Assembly (NCBI GenBank): GCA_964016885.1
Contig: OZ024740.1
Location: 128,092,001-128,156,000 of the forward strand
DNA: 64,000 nucleotides
Direction of reading: 5' to 3'
From: Eledone cirrhosa
Taxonomy: Eukaryota
Positions 26,901 through 40,284 of the stretch are shown piece after piece (position 1 is the stretch's first letter; every line of letters starts with the position of its first letter). Made by a program: the position numbers and the translations under genes. The notes under the pieces are model-generated. The model was not told the DNA's origin, ran no database searches, and saw nothing but the letters and a program-made list of their open reading frames with translations.

Positions 26901-27138
26901 GTACGTCAAGAGTGGAGTGTTTCCCACGCCTTCATCTTAACGCCGATCATTTTTTTTTGGGGGGGGGGGGGGCTTTTCTTGCTGTTTCTTTAGCGGTTAG
27001 AATTTTTACAGCAGTGCCGAGTTGCTAACCCGACGCCTGCCGCCTGTATTTGCCGATTCTTTGCCTACTGAGATTAGTGCTTGGCACCCCTTCGCCACGA
27101 TGAGGCATCCGGTGAGACCAGGGGACTCATCAGAGGGT
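23921..27138 (-). mobile_element. full-length RTE-clade LINE (APE + RT, single ORF broken by frameshifts and stops) inserted in (TA)n
   Basis: IGTWNVRTL, LLIGDFNAQIG, GKAGGLDEI, FIDFQKAF, VRQGCILSPLLF, DLAFADDIA (~24701-24727), LYASETW; (CTAAGA)n tail. Confidence 0.97.
27066..27138 (-). ncRNA. candidate (degenerate) HDV-like ribozyme at the RTE 5' end
   Basis: P3/L3-like GCC-TCATCGT-GGC, hairpin TGC-CAA-GCA, then C-TAA; P1/P2 pairing imperfect. Confidence 0.4.
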
Positions 27139-27153
27139 ATATATATGTATATG

Positions 27154-27244
<91 letters not shown>

Positions 27245-27247
<3 letters not shown>

Positions 27248-27650
27248 CATGGCTTAGTGGATAGAGCATTGGCTTGCAATCGGAAGGTTGTGAATTCAAT
27301 TCTCGGACCGGGTGATGTGTTGTTTCCATAATTTACTCAGCCGTAGAAATGAGATGATAGGACTGGGGTCCCTATCATTCCACTGCAATGTTGTCGTGGA
27401 GGTGCCACAGCAAAATAGCACCTAGCTCACACTGTAAAGTGGACGTGTAGGCGCCACGGAAAAAATGCACCCAGCACTCACTGTAAATGAGGTTGGTGTT
27501 AGGAAGGGCATCCAGCTGTAGAAATCAAGCCAGAATCAGTTCCTGTATGAGCAAGACAGGGTCAGCCGACCGGACACTGCCCACAACAGGACAACCCGTC
27601 TAACCCATGCTAGCGTGAAAGTACTGACGTAATGGTGATGATGATGATGA

Positions 27651-27654
<4 letters not shown>
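27245..27654 (+). mobile_element. CORE-type SINE family A, with tRNA head
   Basis: A box TGGCTTAGTGG, B box-like GAATTCAATTC, RTE-type tail ending (GAT)n. Confidence 0.9.
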
Positions 27655-27693
<39 letters not shown>

Positions 27694-28249
27694 GGTGTCT
27701 GTGATCTATACACTCTGGTCATAGACACACATATACACACACACACATATATACACACACACTCATATATATACACAACACCACCTCTCTCTCTCTCTCT
27801 CTCTCTTCCATTCATATTCTCTATCTCTTCTCCCTCTCTCTATGTCTCTCTTTCAATATATTCTCACGAACCGCTATTCTTCTCTCTCTCTGTTTATGAT
27901 GGTATCCAGAAAGCCCCCATATCTCGGGAACCCGTGCTTCAATTTACGTGAAACTTGTTTTATTCCATTTGTATTCGCATTTCAGGGTCAACTTCCTTTC
28001 AAAGTATTTTCCTATTATGCATGCACCCTTTTGGCTGTATTACATAACAGACAAGCAAGCAAGCAATCAATCGCAGATTTTTCGTAATATATAGATAGAT
28101 ACATAAATCATCCAGCCGTAGAAAGCAAGCCAGAAGCAATTCTGTATCAGCCAGACATGGTCATCTGACCTGTCTTCTCCCACAATTGGACAATTTGTCT
28201 AACACATGCTGCCGTAGATAAATAGACATAAAACGGTGATGATGATGAT

Positions 28250-29720
28250 AACAATGTGACCTTCTTCTCTACAGTTCTTCCTCCCCTTTCCCTCCGACCT
28301 TTACTGGCTACTGTCCTTGTTCTCGCCCCCATTGTAACATCTGTCCCCACATAAAAAGCCTCACCACTCACAGGCATGAACTAATCTTTTCGCATTCGCA
28401 ACTTCTTCACCTACCCTACACCCTCTGATGTTCTGTTTATGGGGCCATTTACATCAAACAGACAGGCCATCGTCCGGCAGACTGATTTGCCGAACACCTA
28501 AGGGACATAAAACTAGATAATGACACTCATGTGGCTCGTCCTTTCATTTCCCCGAACACTGTACTCAACACGATACTGTCTCAATCCTCTTTTTACACCA
28601 CAGATCTACAGCCAAGCGTACCAGGACCAAGCAGAACTTAATTTTCCACCTTGGAACCACTTCTTCGAATGGACTCAATCCTCCCCACTCCACAGTTCCT
28701 TTCAACCTTGCTCACTGAGAAACACACACATATATACATACACACACACACCACTCCAGCCACCACATAATACACATCTACATTTACAACATCCATATAT
28801 ACCATCCAACACACATCTATCTCTGCACACTCATAATCATATATCCTACACTTTCTGATGCATGAAAACGTATGTGCTCATGCTTGCATACACCACTAAC
28901 AAACATTCTAGTGCTCACACTCATGTGTGCTTGTATCTCTTACATGCTCAACTGAGTTTGCATGGCACTCAATGGTGCTGTCGGTGTTGAATGATTGCTA
29001 ACATTTATTATGTCCCCACCACTTCTCGGCTCTATCCACATCCATGCAGTAATGTATTCACAACTTGTAGCTTAGTCATTCACAATTTTACCACCATATT
29101 GTCGTATCTGAAGATAGCAGCTTCTCATACAACCATATCACATAGTGAAATGTACAGACTACAAACATTTTCACTACCTGCACTTTTCTACGCAGCCCTT
29201 CTCGGCTGCTCCTATGTGTCTCTGTATGTATCTATATGTAGAAATTCATATACATTGTACATCTCCTTATGTTGGTCAGTTCACTCAGACATCCAGACTC
29301 TCACAGCAGCCAGCCTGTTATGGTCCAATGCCCATTCTTCCAACATATGAACACACCTAGATGTGCACACACACCCACACATGCATGCACACACTCACCC
29401 ACAAACAGAAACACACATACACATACACACATATCCATCCCTCATATACATTGATTACCTCTCTTCCTAAACCTCTCTAATGCGTAAGATAGCCCTTGAC
29501 CAACAAAATTTCAAAATGGTTGATTGAATACACTCATGTTTTCCTCCCTGTTTTCACCGTTCCTTCATCTTCTCCCTCTTTTGGTTCTAACTCCATCTTC
29601 TGATGAAGGACTAATGTCCGAAATGTTAAGACTCTGTTCCTGCTATTTCAAGTTTTAAACTATATATTTCTTCAATGTACTGTATTGTTTGCTTTGTGAT
29701 TTCAGTTTACCTTTTACACA
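28250..29720 (+). mobile_element. highly degenerate Neptune-type PLE remnants
   Basis: YIKQTGHRPAD*FAEHLRDI (GIY-YIG, ~28448), PTTSRLY (RT N-terminal motif, ~29015), hammerhead at 29596. Confidence 0.6.
29596..29631 (+). ncRNA. minimal PLE-type hammerhead ribozyme; degenerate family copy at 44210-44245
   Basis: tctt-CTGATGA-a ggac taat gtcc-GAAA-tgT-T-aaga. Confidence 0.75.
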
Positions 29721-32179
29721 CAGAAACACATACACACATACACACACAAATGTATATATATATATATATATATACATATATATATAAATGCATGAAATGT
29801 ATTTATATAATACTGGTATTACACAACACTATATAAGGCTACTGGCTTGTTTTGAAACAAGTCAGTAGCTTTATATAATAGTGTCTTGTACCATTATTAT
29901 GTAATTATATAGCTCTTACACTTCTATAGACCTCTCCTCCCACTTATACTACAAGTATAAATATATGTATTTATGGATACACAATAATTAAAATAATTTT
30001 TTTGTCAGTTTTTCCATGCTTCCATAGATTAATCATATTTTCTGCTGCACATTTCCCCCACACTCACTTTTCTCTCTCCCTTGTGAACTTCTGCATTCTG
30101 TGATTAAATTCAACTGCTACTGCCTACAAATGTTTCTTTCAAGTAGAACTGCTAACACTTCTTCACACAGCAATTATCATTCATATGTGTTTTGTGTATA
30201 GAGCAATCTTTTTCACTTACCACTAAATTTGATACCTCTTATACCCAACTTTACACTCAACTTATATATGCTCTTCTGTTTAAGCACATAAACATTACAT
30301 ATACAATGAAGCACGGCTCAGTTCATTTGTTTCTCAACTTTGCATATACTCTGCATTCAAAGCCTACCTCTTAATATCAAGTACAATTTCTCCAAATTTT
30401 CCACAGATTCAGCTATAAGTATCAATTATTCAGCATACATTAGTTTCTGCAGGCAGCTGGTCTTAGATTCGTCTATTATAATCTGGAGAATTGTAATGAG
30501 AACTGAAACTTGATGAGCACCCTCTAAAGTAAGAAAACAAAGAGGGTGGTGCTTTCTAATGATGCACAGAAGATGTAAATTTCCTGGAAGTCAACATTAT
30601 CAAGAATCATTGCAAGAATGTTTAAAACAAGCAAAATGAAAAGAACTGGAAATAAAAACTATTGTTTAGAATATAAAAAAACTTGGAATTCATACGTTGA
30701 TGATCTATACTCTGCAGTGAGCTGAAAGAACAAAATTATGTTATAAGCAAAGTTTACTTGCGCAAATCTAATAATAATTTTCTTACAGTTTGTTGATTTT
30801 TTTTATTGCTATTTATATGAATTCTATCTCACTACAAGCTCGTGAGTAACAGAATATCTGCAGATCTATATAACGTATTCTACTGTGTTAAATCTGTAAT
30901 GTTTCATCTTCACAATACAATTCTTCATATTAAAATATGTTGGAAGTTTAGGAGAACTGAGCTCAACTTGGAATAGACTGATGCACAGTAGTCATAACAT
31001 TGAGTCAATGAAATACAGATATGGGTGTTAACATCTCCTAATGCTGGGCAATTTGATAAGTAACATCGTTCAGATGTTGATTTCTAAATTAATTTTCATA
31101 GCTTCCTTCTTCAGATCCATTGGAACACTATTAACTCAGTACTGTGAAATCACAGACATTGTCATCTAAACAATTATAATTTATACTGCAAGAAAATGTA
31201 CTTACTCATGGTATCTATTTAGAGCTAGATGGAGTGAGATAGTGAAGTTAAGTTGTATCTTGGCAGAATACTTGTATCGTGACTGGAATATTAATCATTT
31301 ACCAAGTAGTGTGTTATAGCTGCTTCAACAATGTTAAAACAATAATAATGTATTGATGAAATATATTAAATTACAGATTTATATTGAGGGTTTTTTTCAC
31401 TGAGATAGACTGGGACAGTCAACAATTGTTGAAGGTATGAAGAAGATTAAAGTTAAAGAAACAAAATATTCTGCTGTATTGAAATCATAGTAAAACAATT
31501 TTATAAGAGAAATAATTTTCTATACACATATAGCTATTAAAATATTCTGAAGGCTGTACTACTTCTGTAAATATCATTAAAGAAAATCCTGCTAACATCA
31601 ATGAATTGGACTCTTTTATATATCAAATAGACTACTTGTCTCAGTCTACTTAGATGTAAACTACACACAAGTTCTACTTCGAATGTTGATAAAACTTATA
31701 AAATACCTGCTCCAATAGTTTATAAGAAACAACCAATTCTATTAAAATACCAACATCTTATAATACAAAAATTATAATGTAAATGAAGATGTAAACATGT
31801 ATTATAAAGGTAGATATATATGCCAATGGATTAGTTATATAAAGCAGGGTGAATGTGTTAATGGTTCCCATGGTACAAGGCTGTGATTAAAAAAATTTTC
31901 TCTCTTTAGACCTAATTATGTTTTAACAATATTTTGGTATATTTCCTACATATTACAAGATCATTGATGATGCATGTATATATACAAGCAAAAGGTTGTC
32001 ATGTAGGAATTCCCAGTTGTCCTCTACATTATATGTACCTAGCTCATCACCGCTATTATCTCTGTGTAGATCCTTTGTAAACCTATATTTAACTAAAAGC
32101 TCCTTTAGCTTCCAAACTCTCCATCTCCATGATTTCCTGCATTTCTTGTACTGTCTTGTGTTTATTTTGATGTCACTAA

Positions 32180-32900
32180 TACCTAACTTGTGTTGAGCAG
32201 TTCATTCTTCACCAGAGACGTCCTTAATGTTTATTACATGCCATGAATCTCATTGTCTTAGTAATCAATTAGGCATGTGTGTTCACCTGAATCATATGAA
32301 ATCAGGTAGCTGGCACGCTGGCTGGTTTCCTGAAATTTGTGTTGCAAATGGTTAGTTCATTTGTGTCACAGAATGCCATGAGCCTCAATCCCCCTTCATT
32401 TCTTGAGCCATAACCATAGCCATTCTGAACTCTACAGAATCCATTTGGATAGTGTACCACATGTCCCTTATAGTACCCTACAAGAATGATGAGATCTCTT
32501 TCTTATGTACCTGAAGTTGTCTGTAAAAGTTCTTCATAGAACCTCTGCTTTTGGTCTTTACTTAGTACTGCCTATGGAGCATAGTTCGATGTAATTGTCA
32601 CTATTCTATTTCCTACAGCTATTCTCAGATTGATGATTCTGTCACTTACTGTATCTAATTCAATCACCTTATCTCTCCATTACTGAGCTAGTAAGATGCC
32701 TATACCTCCTACTCCATAGATATTTCCAACCCAGTAGAGCTTATATATCTGTTGTTTGCCTGTGATTGGTCTTGCTGAGACACTCCCTCCACCTCACTTG
32801 TTGTACACAGTATACATCTATTTCTCTTCTCTCTAACAGTTCCACAATTTCTCCTGATTCAATGTTTAGGGTGCCAACAGTAGCAGTCCTGAGATTTGTT
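32180..32900 (-). mobile_element. degenerate RTE apurinic endonuclease region
   Basis: TVGTLNIESGEIVELLERREIDVYCVQQVRWR. Confidence 0.8.
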
Positions 32901-33909
32901 ATTTGATAATTGTTGCTATTTACTGGGGTAAAGTTTCTATGTAGCTGAAAAGGAAAAAGGCTTTGCAATTTATTGATGACACTCGAGGGATTCTCCCAGA
33001 TGGCTACTCTAGCCACCACATTACTGTGTGCAGCACTAACATGACAAGTGTTAGCCCTGTATAAGAAATTGTGAAAATGATATTTGTTATTGTCATATTT
33101 TGCAGGGTTTCTCTGGCTGGATGCACTTCCTATCACTGAATACTTTACAACATGGACTGGATAAATTATTTCTTTCGCCAGCATTAGGGAGGTTGTCTTA
33201 CTGGATTAAAGTGTCATCTCCAGCCTATATCAGATTTTATTTGGGGTGTCTACCCTCCTAGATGGGCAGCCTTCACTGCGGTTAATGGAGTTCATGTCTG
33301 CTCTGTGCAGTCATTTTTAATTGGAATCACTGCTCTCCTAGAAGGATTGCTTTCACTATGGCTTTCTGAGTCTATATTTTAGCTGTGATCATAATATTAC
33401 TTTACTCAGGACAAGAACAGTCTGCAGAGTAGAAATTGATGATGTCAAAGGGTAAGTGAGTATGGAAAGCAATGGACGGGATTCAAGACAATGTCAGCTA
33501 AAACACCTGATTGGAAGGTGGTGGATAGGGGTTGGGTGGGTGTGATGCAGAAACGGCCATGAAGTAAGCAAATAACTTCAAAAAGGGAACGGAAAAACAG
33601 AGGAACAAATTTAACTGACTAGTGTAATTAATTCAAAATATAGGAAGAAATAAGAAAACTTATCTTTCTAAAGCTCTCCTTGAGAAGAGAATAGTGGGTG
33701 TTGCTTGTTGCATAGCCAGCTTGTTTAAAGTAAACAGAATCAGGCATTATATATATCATCATCATGATCACCGTTTAACATCCATTTTTCCCCACTAGCA
33801 TAGATTAGATGAGTTGTCACATTGGGAGCCAGATCAGATGACCATGTCTTGATTACTCAGAAAGGTTTCTGTTTGATTTGTATGGCTTGATGCCTTTCTT
33901 AATGCTAAC

Positions 33910-33953
<44 letters not shown>

Positions 33954-34300
33954 ATAAATAAATATTGACTTGGTCTGTCTAAGCCACATTACCATAGAAA
34001 AACATGTCAATTGAGGACGAGTATTTTTATGTCCATCTTGACAAGAGGTGGATAGTTGTCATGGTCTGAGATAGATGGGCCATAGAGATCTCATCTTTTT
34101 CACATATTCCATAATTGGCATGATTCTCATGACTGTATTTGCCCTTCGTAATATTAACCACTTTACAGTGTGGATTGAGTGCATATTATTGTAGCACCAG
34201 ACTAGAGAGGCCTCTCCACTCTCTATTGCCTCCATGTGATCACCAGCCACAATACAGAGTTTACAGGGTGCATTTTCTCAAGGAGCATTAAATTATATAT

Positions 34301-35740
34301 GTGAGGGCAGTTCAAGCAATGTATAGTAGAACAGCCAGCAAGGTCAGAATTAACAATGATTATAGAGAAGAAATTAGCATGCAGGTTGGTGTCCATCTGG
34401 GATCTGTTCTTAGCCCTCTCCAGTTTATTATCATTCTGCAGGCAATAACAGAGGAGTTTAAGTCTGGCTCCCCATGGAAACTTCTGTATGCTGAAGACCT
34501 AACACTTATAGCTGAATCTATAGACGAACTAGAGATGAAATTCCAAACATGGAAGCAAGGCCTAGAATTTAAAGGCCTTAAAGTCAACATAGCAAAGACT
34601 AAAATCCCAGTAAGTAGAAGGGAAAACAGGACCCAGATCTCCTCTGGGAAAATGGCCCTGCTCAGTGTGTAGAAAATGAGTAGGTAGAAATTCCATTCTA
34701 TGTACCAAATTCAAGCAATAGGTACACAAGAGATGTAGTGAGACCTTAGGCAGGCTACCAAAGAATGTAGTTTGATACAATCACCTTCAAATGCTCAGAG
34801 GGCTTGGTTGAAGTAGTAAATAGTTTCTGTTACCTGGGTGACCAAATCAGTAGTGGGGGTGTTCTGAAAGCACAATGACCAGAGTGAGATCAGGCTAGAG
34901 AAACATCAGGGAGCTACTGTTGTTACTAACTACAAAAGGTTTTTCCTTCAAAATGAAAGGCAGACTACATGTATACGAACAGCAATATTGCACAGCAGTG
35001 AGACCTGGGCTCTCTGTGCAGAGGACCTGTGAAGATTAAAAAGAACTAAAGCCTCCATGCTTTGCTGGATGTGCAATAGTAACATACGTGGATGGTGAAG
35101 TATAAATGTATTACCTAAGAAATTAGGCATAAGAGGGATCAGTTGTTTCATCCAGGAGAGGAGATTGCATTGGTATGGACATGTGATGTGTATGAAGGAT
35201 GACAGCTGTATAAAAAGGTGCAGAGCACTCAAAGTTGATGGTAGCCATGAAGTGAGTAGGCCTAGGAAGACTTGGGATGAAGTAATAAAAGCTGACCTAC
35301 TACAATTACACCTCTCCAAGACAATCACACAGGACCGTGACCTCTGGCGCTATGCAGTATTACAGAGAAAATACCCTTTATTATTCTCAGGCTGAAGCTT
35401 ATACCATCCTTCCCCTATTCCCTATGACCACAAATTCACCAAACTGCCTGCCCCTCCCTTGTTCAAAGAGAAAAGTGCCCAGTCCCCACTGTAAAGTGGT
35501 AGTGTCAGCAACACGACAAAAAGTACCCAGTCAACACTAATGTGGTTGTGTAGGTGGCATGACAAAAAACACCCAGCACACACTGCAAATGTGGTTGGTG
35601 TTAGGAGGGGCACCCACCTGTAGAAACCAATCCCAAAACTGCCCCGGGTGAGCTAAACATGGTCTTCGGATTTGACTTTCTCCGTTAGGGTCAATCTGAC
35701 CTACTCATGCTAGTATAGAAGATGGTCATTGGACGACAGT
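34301..35740 (+). mobile_element. degenerate RTE LINE 3' half (RT with internal PHD finger, plus 3' UTR)
   Basis: VGVHLGSVLSPLQF, LLYAEDL, KWPCSVCRK...VHKRCS, WYGHVM, RPRKTW. Confidence 0.9.
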
Positions 35741-36100
35741 GATGAGGATATTTATATGTGTGTATATGCATAGGTATGGTATATGTATATGCATGCAAAT
35801 ATATCATTATCATGATATATGTCTGTATATATGCATATATATATTATGTTGGTACCACAAAACCTCCGGTCAACACTCTAAATTGGCCATGTACAAGACA
35901 CGACAAAAAGCACCCAGCACATATTGTAAATGTTGTTGGCATTAGGAAGGGTATCGAACCATAGAAAACCGGCCAGAAACAGTATTATATGAGTGAGACA
36001 CGGTCACCCAACCTAACTTGCCTCTACATGGTACAAACCCATCTAACCCATGCTAGCATGGAAGATAGATGTTAAACGATGATGATGATATATATATATA

Positions 36101-36400
36101 CAGGGCCAGTGCCAGATAATCTGGCACCCTAGGCAAGAGTAGATTCTGGTGATCCACCACCATCTCCCACCAGGAAAATATCAATTTCAAAATTTATACA
36201 TCTTTAAATACATTTTTAAAAAGGAAATTTTCAGGATTTTTTTATCCCCGTATGAAATAAACCAGGATAAAAAAACACCGTCAGTAAAACTAAAATTTAT
36301 TTATTTTTCAAAATTGGTGTTGATTTGGAGAAATGCCCCCCCCCCCCCCCGAAATCAGTGCCCTAGGCAGCAGTTTGCCTATATGGTGGCACTGGCCCTG
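36101..36400. mobile_element. 300-bp hAT-type MITE
   Basis: 14-bp TIR CAGGGCCAGTGCCA/TGGCACTGGCCCTG; 8-bp flanks TATATATA/TATATGTA; subterminal CCCTAGGCA repeats. Confidence 0.85.
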
Positions 36401-38067
36401 TATATGTATGATACCTGTGGATAGTTAAACAAGCACTTTGAAGTCTGTTTCTGTGTACAATAATTACTACTTTAAAATATCTGCAAAGCTGAAGCATGTT
36501 TGTTAAACATTGATAGGTCAATCATTGATACTGCATTTCTAGAAACATATTGAAAGCTAACCTGAGTAGATTCTAACAATCCTTGAAAACCTAGCTTCAT
36601 TAAAGTGTTGTTTTGAAGCACTCTATCGAATTTCTAGATAATTATTATTCTTTGACCATGAATCTGTTTGGAAAGAATACTATGCTATTTGAATGGCCAC
36701 ATGTGATTATAATAATGAAATAACTCTGAAGAAAGATGATTTCAAAAGATTATGCTTACTATAACTGGTTTGATATTATTGGAGCATCTTAACCACTGGC
36801 TTTATATTAGTTTCTCAACATGTAAATTTAAACTAAATTCCAGGCAATTAGACGGATATTGTTGGTATGTGACAGACAAAGACAGGTATTGATAGTGATT
36901 AAGAACTTAAAGGTAGTTGTTTGTTTATGATGTAACTTTTTGTGAATAATGATGTTATGTCATGTGTAATGCTTAAATAGACTGGTGGAAAGTGCATACT
37001 TACCTCAGACTGCTCAGGTATAATAAAAACTAAGTAAATCTTAACATCTTTCAGGTTGTTATTATAAAGGAGATTGTGTCAGTTTGTGTGATGATATTGG
37101 GAATGCTCATACCTCCTCTGCTGCATTATTTTAAGATTCACTTAATTTGAACCAAGAACCTCAACCATCTCAGAATATCATATTTGCTTATGATTGAAGA
37201 TAAAATAATTAGCAATTATCATCTTTTATATTCTATTTTCTTCATAAATTACCTAAGCTTAACTTTAATATTCCAACATAAATATTCATAACAAAACACT
37301 TATCCATGATATTAAGTTTCAAGTTACAATAGTTAATGTGTTATATATCCAACAAAATATTACAAAACAGTTAGGTGTAGATTCTCTATCAATTAAAGGT
37401 AACTTGGATATCAGAACTGATTCGAAAACCAAAGCTGAATAGTATTCTTTTATTCGGTCCAATGCATACAAATGAATTGATTATCATTTCCTTAGCCATT
37501 ATCTACTCAGAAAAGACAAGTGACTGCTTTTGCATTAGATAAAGGAAACAAGCAACTCAACGGAAATTATGTGGAATAAGGTTGATATATTGCCAGAATA
37601 CTTACTACCATTGTGTTTCCTTTGATCATGACCTCACTCCTAAGGTACAAATCACAAAGACTAAAGTGAATAAGAACATTTATGATTCCAAACTAGCATC
37701 TTATACAAAACTAAGTACATTCTCTTTCAAATAACATCAAAAGATGATGTAATACGACTAAGAGTTTCTTAACTAGACAAATCAAGAAATTGAATAAAAT
37801 GAAAGCACTGCTTTATTGTGACAAGGATAAAGAGCAATTTCCTTATGGTTAACGCATTGAAATGAGTAAATAACAGTACATTACTGGTACAGTTTTTATT
37901 CATCTAGGTGGGTGCAGGTATGGCTGAGTGAGTAAGAAGTTCATTTTCCAACCAAATGGTCCTGGATTCCATTGTGGGCAAGTATTTTCTATTATAGCTT
38001 TAGGATAATCAATGACGAGTGAATTTGTAGGGAAAAATTCTTAGAAAGAATGACATGTATCATCAAC

Positions 38068-38725
38068 ATCATCATCATCATTACTATTTCACGTACATTA
38101 TTCCTTGCTAGCATGGGTTAGCTAAGTTGCCCCATTGTGAGACAAGCCAGGTCCAATTACTCTATCTTGCTCATACAGAACTGGTTTTCTAGAGCTCAAT
38201 GCCCTTCCTAACATCAACTACATTTACAGTGTGTGCTGGTTGTTTTTTTGTCATGACACCTACACAATTACTATACAGTGTGATCTGAGCACATTTTGTT
38301 GTGTTATCTACATGACCACTTCATAGTGTGGGCTAGCGACATGGATAGGGAGGAGGTGGAGTTTGGGGGAGGTATATCTAAGGGTATGTGTGTGGGGTGG
38401 AGTGTTTTGGCATTGATGGAATGTTAGAACATGGATGGATGGAGGAGTGTATGGAAGGAGAGAGGGAAGGTATTGCAGACAAGCTGTGTGCAGCCCACGC
38501 ACGTGACAAGGCGGGTCTTCTGCACAACAGCAGAGATTTCGATTCTGTCCCATCACCTTCGAGATGTGCAATTGTGCAAGGTCAGCTTTCATCACCTCAT
38601 TCCAAGTCTTCCTAGATCTTCCTACACCATAGCTCCCATCAAACTTGAATCCTCTACATCTTTTTATACAGCTGTCATCCTTCATATGCATCACATGTCT
38701 ATACCAACACATTCTCCTCTCCTGC
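38068..38725 (-). mobile_element. 3' fragment of the same RTE family
   Basis: CWYRHVMHMKDDSCIKRC...GRSRKTW followed by the shared tail. Confidence 0.85.
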
Positions 38726-38788
38726 TCTCACTCTAGCTACAGTACTTTTGGAGTCTGTATATATGTACTTCTTTGTCTCTTTTCTTAG

Positions 38789-38799
38789 CAGTTGATGAG
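38789..38799 (+). CDS. putative 11-nt micro-exon (SVDE)
   Basis: ttctttgtctcttttcttAG|cagttgatgag|GTAAGT. Confidence 0.45.
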
Positions 38800-39576
38800 G
38801 TAAGTGGTAATATTCATTTATATTCCACATGAACAAAAGTCCTCTACCTCAAACGTTAGATGTGCAATGATCTGTATTTCATTTAAAAAAAGTAAATGTT
38901 AGCACCAGGAACAGCATCCAGATGTAGAATTCTGCTTTGAACCAATCCCAAAATTTCATTCATACAAATAAGTGAGTTATATTATTCAGCCCTTACACAT
39001 CATAGCTATTTTCAAAATGATTTGAATATGATAGGTCTCTTTCATGACAAATATGGTAACAAAAAGGGTTAATAATTATATTCAAACTCAAAATTGCTAC
39101 TGTCAACATCATGTAGTTTTTTAGAAAGTGAAAAGTTCTGACTTAACTGGAGTAAACTGTAGAAAACAACAAATATATAGTATTTACTCTATTCTTAGAG
39201 CTTCATACCTAATTTGGAAAACACTTTATCACCACTAACTCACCAGAATTATATTTAAAGACTACGCTGGTGTCAGCAAGTTTTTAATTTATACAACATC
39301 GCATGACATCAGTATTATATGTCAACTTAGCTATACTATACACATGCTAATATAGAATATGCATAACTGATATTGTGCGACGTCTTAACAAAAGAATCAT
39401 TTCTACCTTCAACGTTATTTCTTCTTTGCTTGTTTGGAAAGAAAAAATTGTCCATTTGTTATCCACACTCTTCAGAAAGTTCCATAAATTTCCATATCTT
39501 GCCTCAAAGCATTGGAACATAAAGGAATTTTCATGGTTGAGTGTTTAATTTCAATGAATTCATTTTCTATACGTAG

Positions 39577-39598
39577 TCTGTGTCACTTTGTTCCATGT
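39577..39598 (+). CDS. putative 22-nt micro-exon (SVSLCSM)
   Basis: cattttctatacgtAG|...|GTGAGT. Confidence 0.35.
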
Positions 39599-39720
39599 GT
39601 GAGTATATAGCTATCTTTTCAAATACAGAAACTCAAAGATATATGTATATTTATATGTAAATATGTAAGCACACACACATTTATATGATATATATAATAT
39701 ATATATTATATATATATATA

Positions 39721-39758
<38 letters not shown>

Positions 39759-40204
39759 CGTATATATAGAGAGAGAGGGAGTGATTTATAGACATATATA
39801 TATGTACATACTTCTAAATGCTGAGCATAATATTCATACATATACATAATGATGTTTATGCACACACATACACACTAACATTGATATCTATCATATCTAT
39901 TTACCTATTCACCCCTTCTCTATATGTAGATATAGATATACAGGCATATATATATGTGCGCACACACACACACTCGCATGTATATATATATTATACACAT
40001 GTCTATATATAAGGTATTTTTAGTGATGTTGGCAATTTCCATATGCATGTCTGTATGTATACCTTTATCGCGTTTGTATATTATATCATATTATATTACA
40101 TCACATCTTATTGTGCATTGCAGCAGTCAAATGACTTTATTTAACCAGCTGAAGGCTTCCTGATAATACTTGCTTTTTGTTGCAAAAACAGAATCTATTG
40201 AATT

Positions 40205-40284
<80 letters not shown>

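Noticed and set aside
33410-33451. 42-nt segment with AG/GTAAGT signals
   Set aside because: Adjacent to LINE 5' UTR debris, and it creates a stop in the preferred micro-exon frame; unresolved.
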